This document shows, one piece after another, positions 63,270 to 64,000 of a stretch of 64,000 nucleotides of DNA; the first letter of the stretch is position 1; each line of letters opens with the position of its first letter. The position numbers were made by a program, and so were the translations under genes. A model generated the notes under the pieces. That model ran no database searches, had not been told where the DNA came from, and saw only the letters and a list, made by a program, of their open reading frames with translations. This DNA is from Eledone cirrhosa. Taxonomy: Eukaryota. Location of the stretch: contig OZ024764.1 in the NCBI GenBank assembly GCA_964016885.1, positions 15,996,001 through 16,060,000 of the forward strand, given 5' to 3'.

Positions 63270-63735
63270 TCACTTCCCTGACATTTGTACATTATTCTAT
63301 GTACTATACATGCACCTTTGATGAGTTGCAGTGTACCTGAGCACTGTACACAATAATTTCATTATTATTGTGGATTGGCAGTATCGGTAGAGGGTCGGAC
63401 GCCATGTTTTGCAGCATAGTTACGTCCCTTTACGATCCGAGTTCAAATCCCGCTGAAGTTGACTTTGCCTTTCATCCTTACGGGGTCGATAAAATTAAGT
63501 ACCAGTAATGCACTGGGATAATTGCTGGCCTTGTGCCTAAAATAAAAACAATTATATATTAGAGAGTCGGACATCATGCTTTGAAGCATAGAGTTACGTC
63601 CCTTTACGATCCGAGTTCAAATCCCGCCGAGGTTGACTTTGCCTTTCATCCTTACGGGGTCGATAAAATTAAGTACCAGTAATGCACTGGGGTAATTGCT
63701 GGCCTTGTGCCTAAAGTAGAAACATTTATTATTAT
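63270..63735 (+). mobile_element. CR1 3'-UTR fragment followed by two tandem SINE-2 copies
   Basis: Same composite arrangement as 51160-51455. Confidence 0.72.
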
Positions 63736-64000
63736 ATATACACTATATGTACAGTATAGGTGACCCAGTGAATTACTGGTGGTGGTACCAGGACGACCTT
63801 GAGCCAGTCCACTGCGAAATACGCATAACAGGTCGATACACAATTAATAACTAAAATATGTAAACAAAGCTTTCTTCTTCTTCTTCTTCTTTTCCTCCTT
63901 CTTCTTCTTCTTCTTTTTCTTTTCCTTCTTCTTCTTCTTTTCCTTCTTCTTCTTCTTCTTCTTCTTTTCCTCCTTCTTCTTCTTCTTCTTCTTTTTCTTT

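Noticed and set aside
46526-64000. A second host gene downstream
   Set aside because: No exon-like ORF with a recognisable domain; only repeats and retroelement fragments. Small exons could have been missed.

Overview
AT-rich, microsatellite-dense animal genomic DNA. The SINE and repeat content suggests a cephalopod, probably Octopus (inference). The + strand carries the 3' part of a papilin-type extracellular-matrix gene: 18 coding exons from 194 to the TAA at 46525, all with phase-consistent GT-AG junctions, encoding about 1350 aa (14 Kunitz domains, 3 Ig domains, C-terminal PLAC). The first six Kunitz exons are near-identical recent tandem copies that differ at the P1 reactive residue. Introns and the downstream region hold an intact-ORF CR1-type LINE, RTE fragments, two tRNA-SINE families, a solitary 5S rRNA copy and many minisatellites. 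Three signals stand out. (1) At least 14 type-I hammerhead ribozyme cores with hypervariable, sometimes very long stem II, eight of them in four inverted pairs. (2) A G_GGA_AAC -1 slippery site abutting the LINE ORF1 stop, ahead of an ORF2 that has no usable ATG. (3) About 30 tandem copies of a real exon's splice acceptor, each enclosing a potential 6-nt microexon. All coordinates were read by eye; repeat boundaries are approximate.
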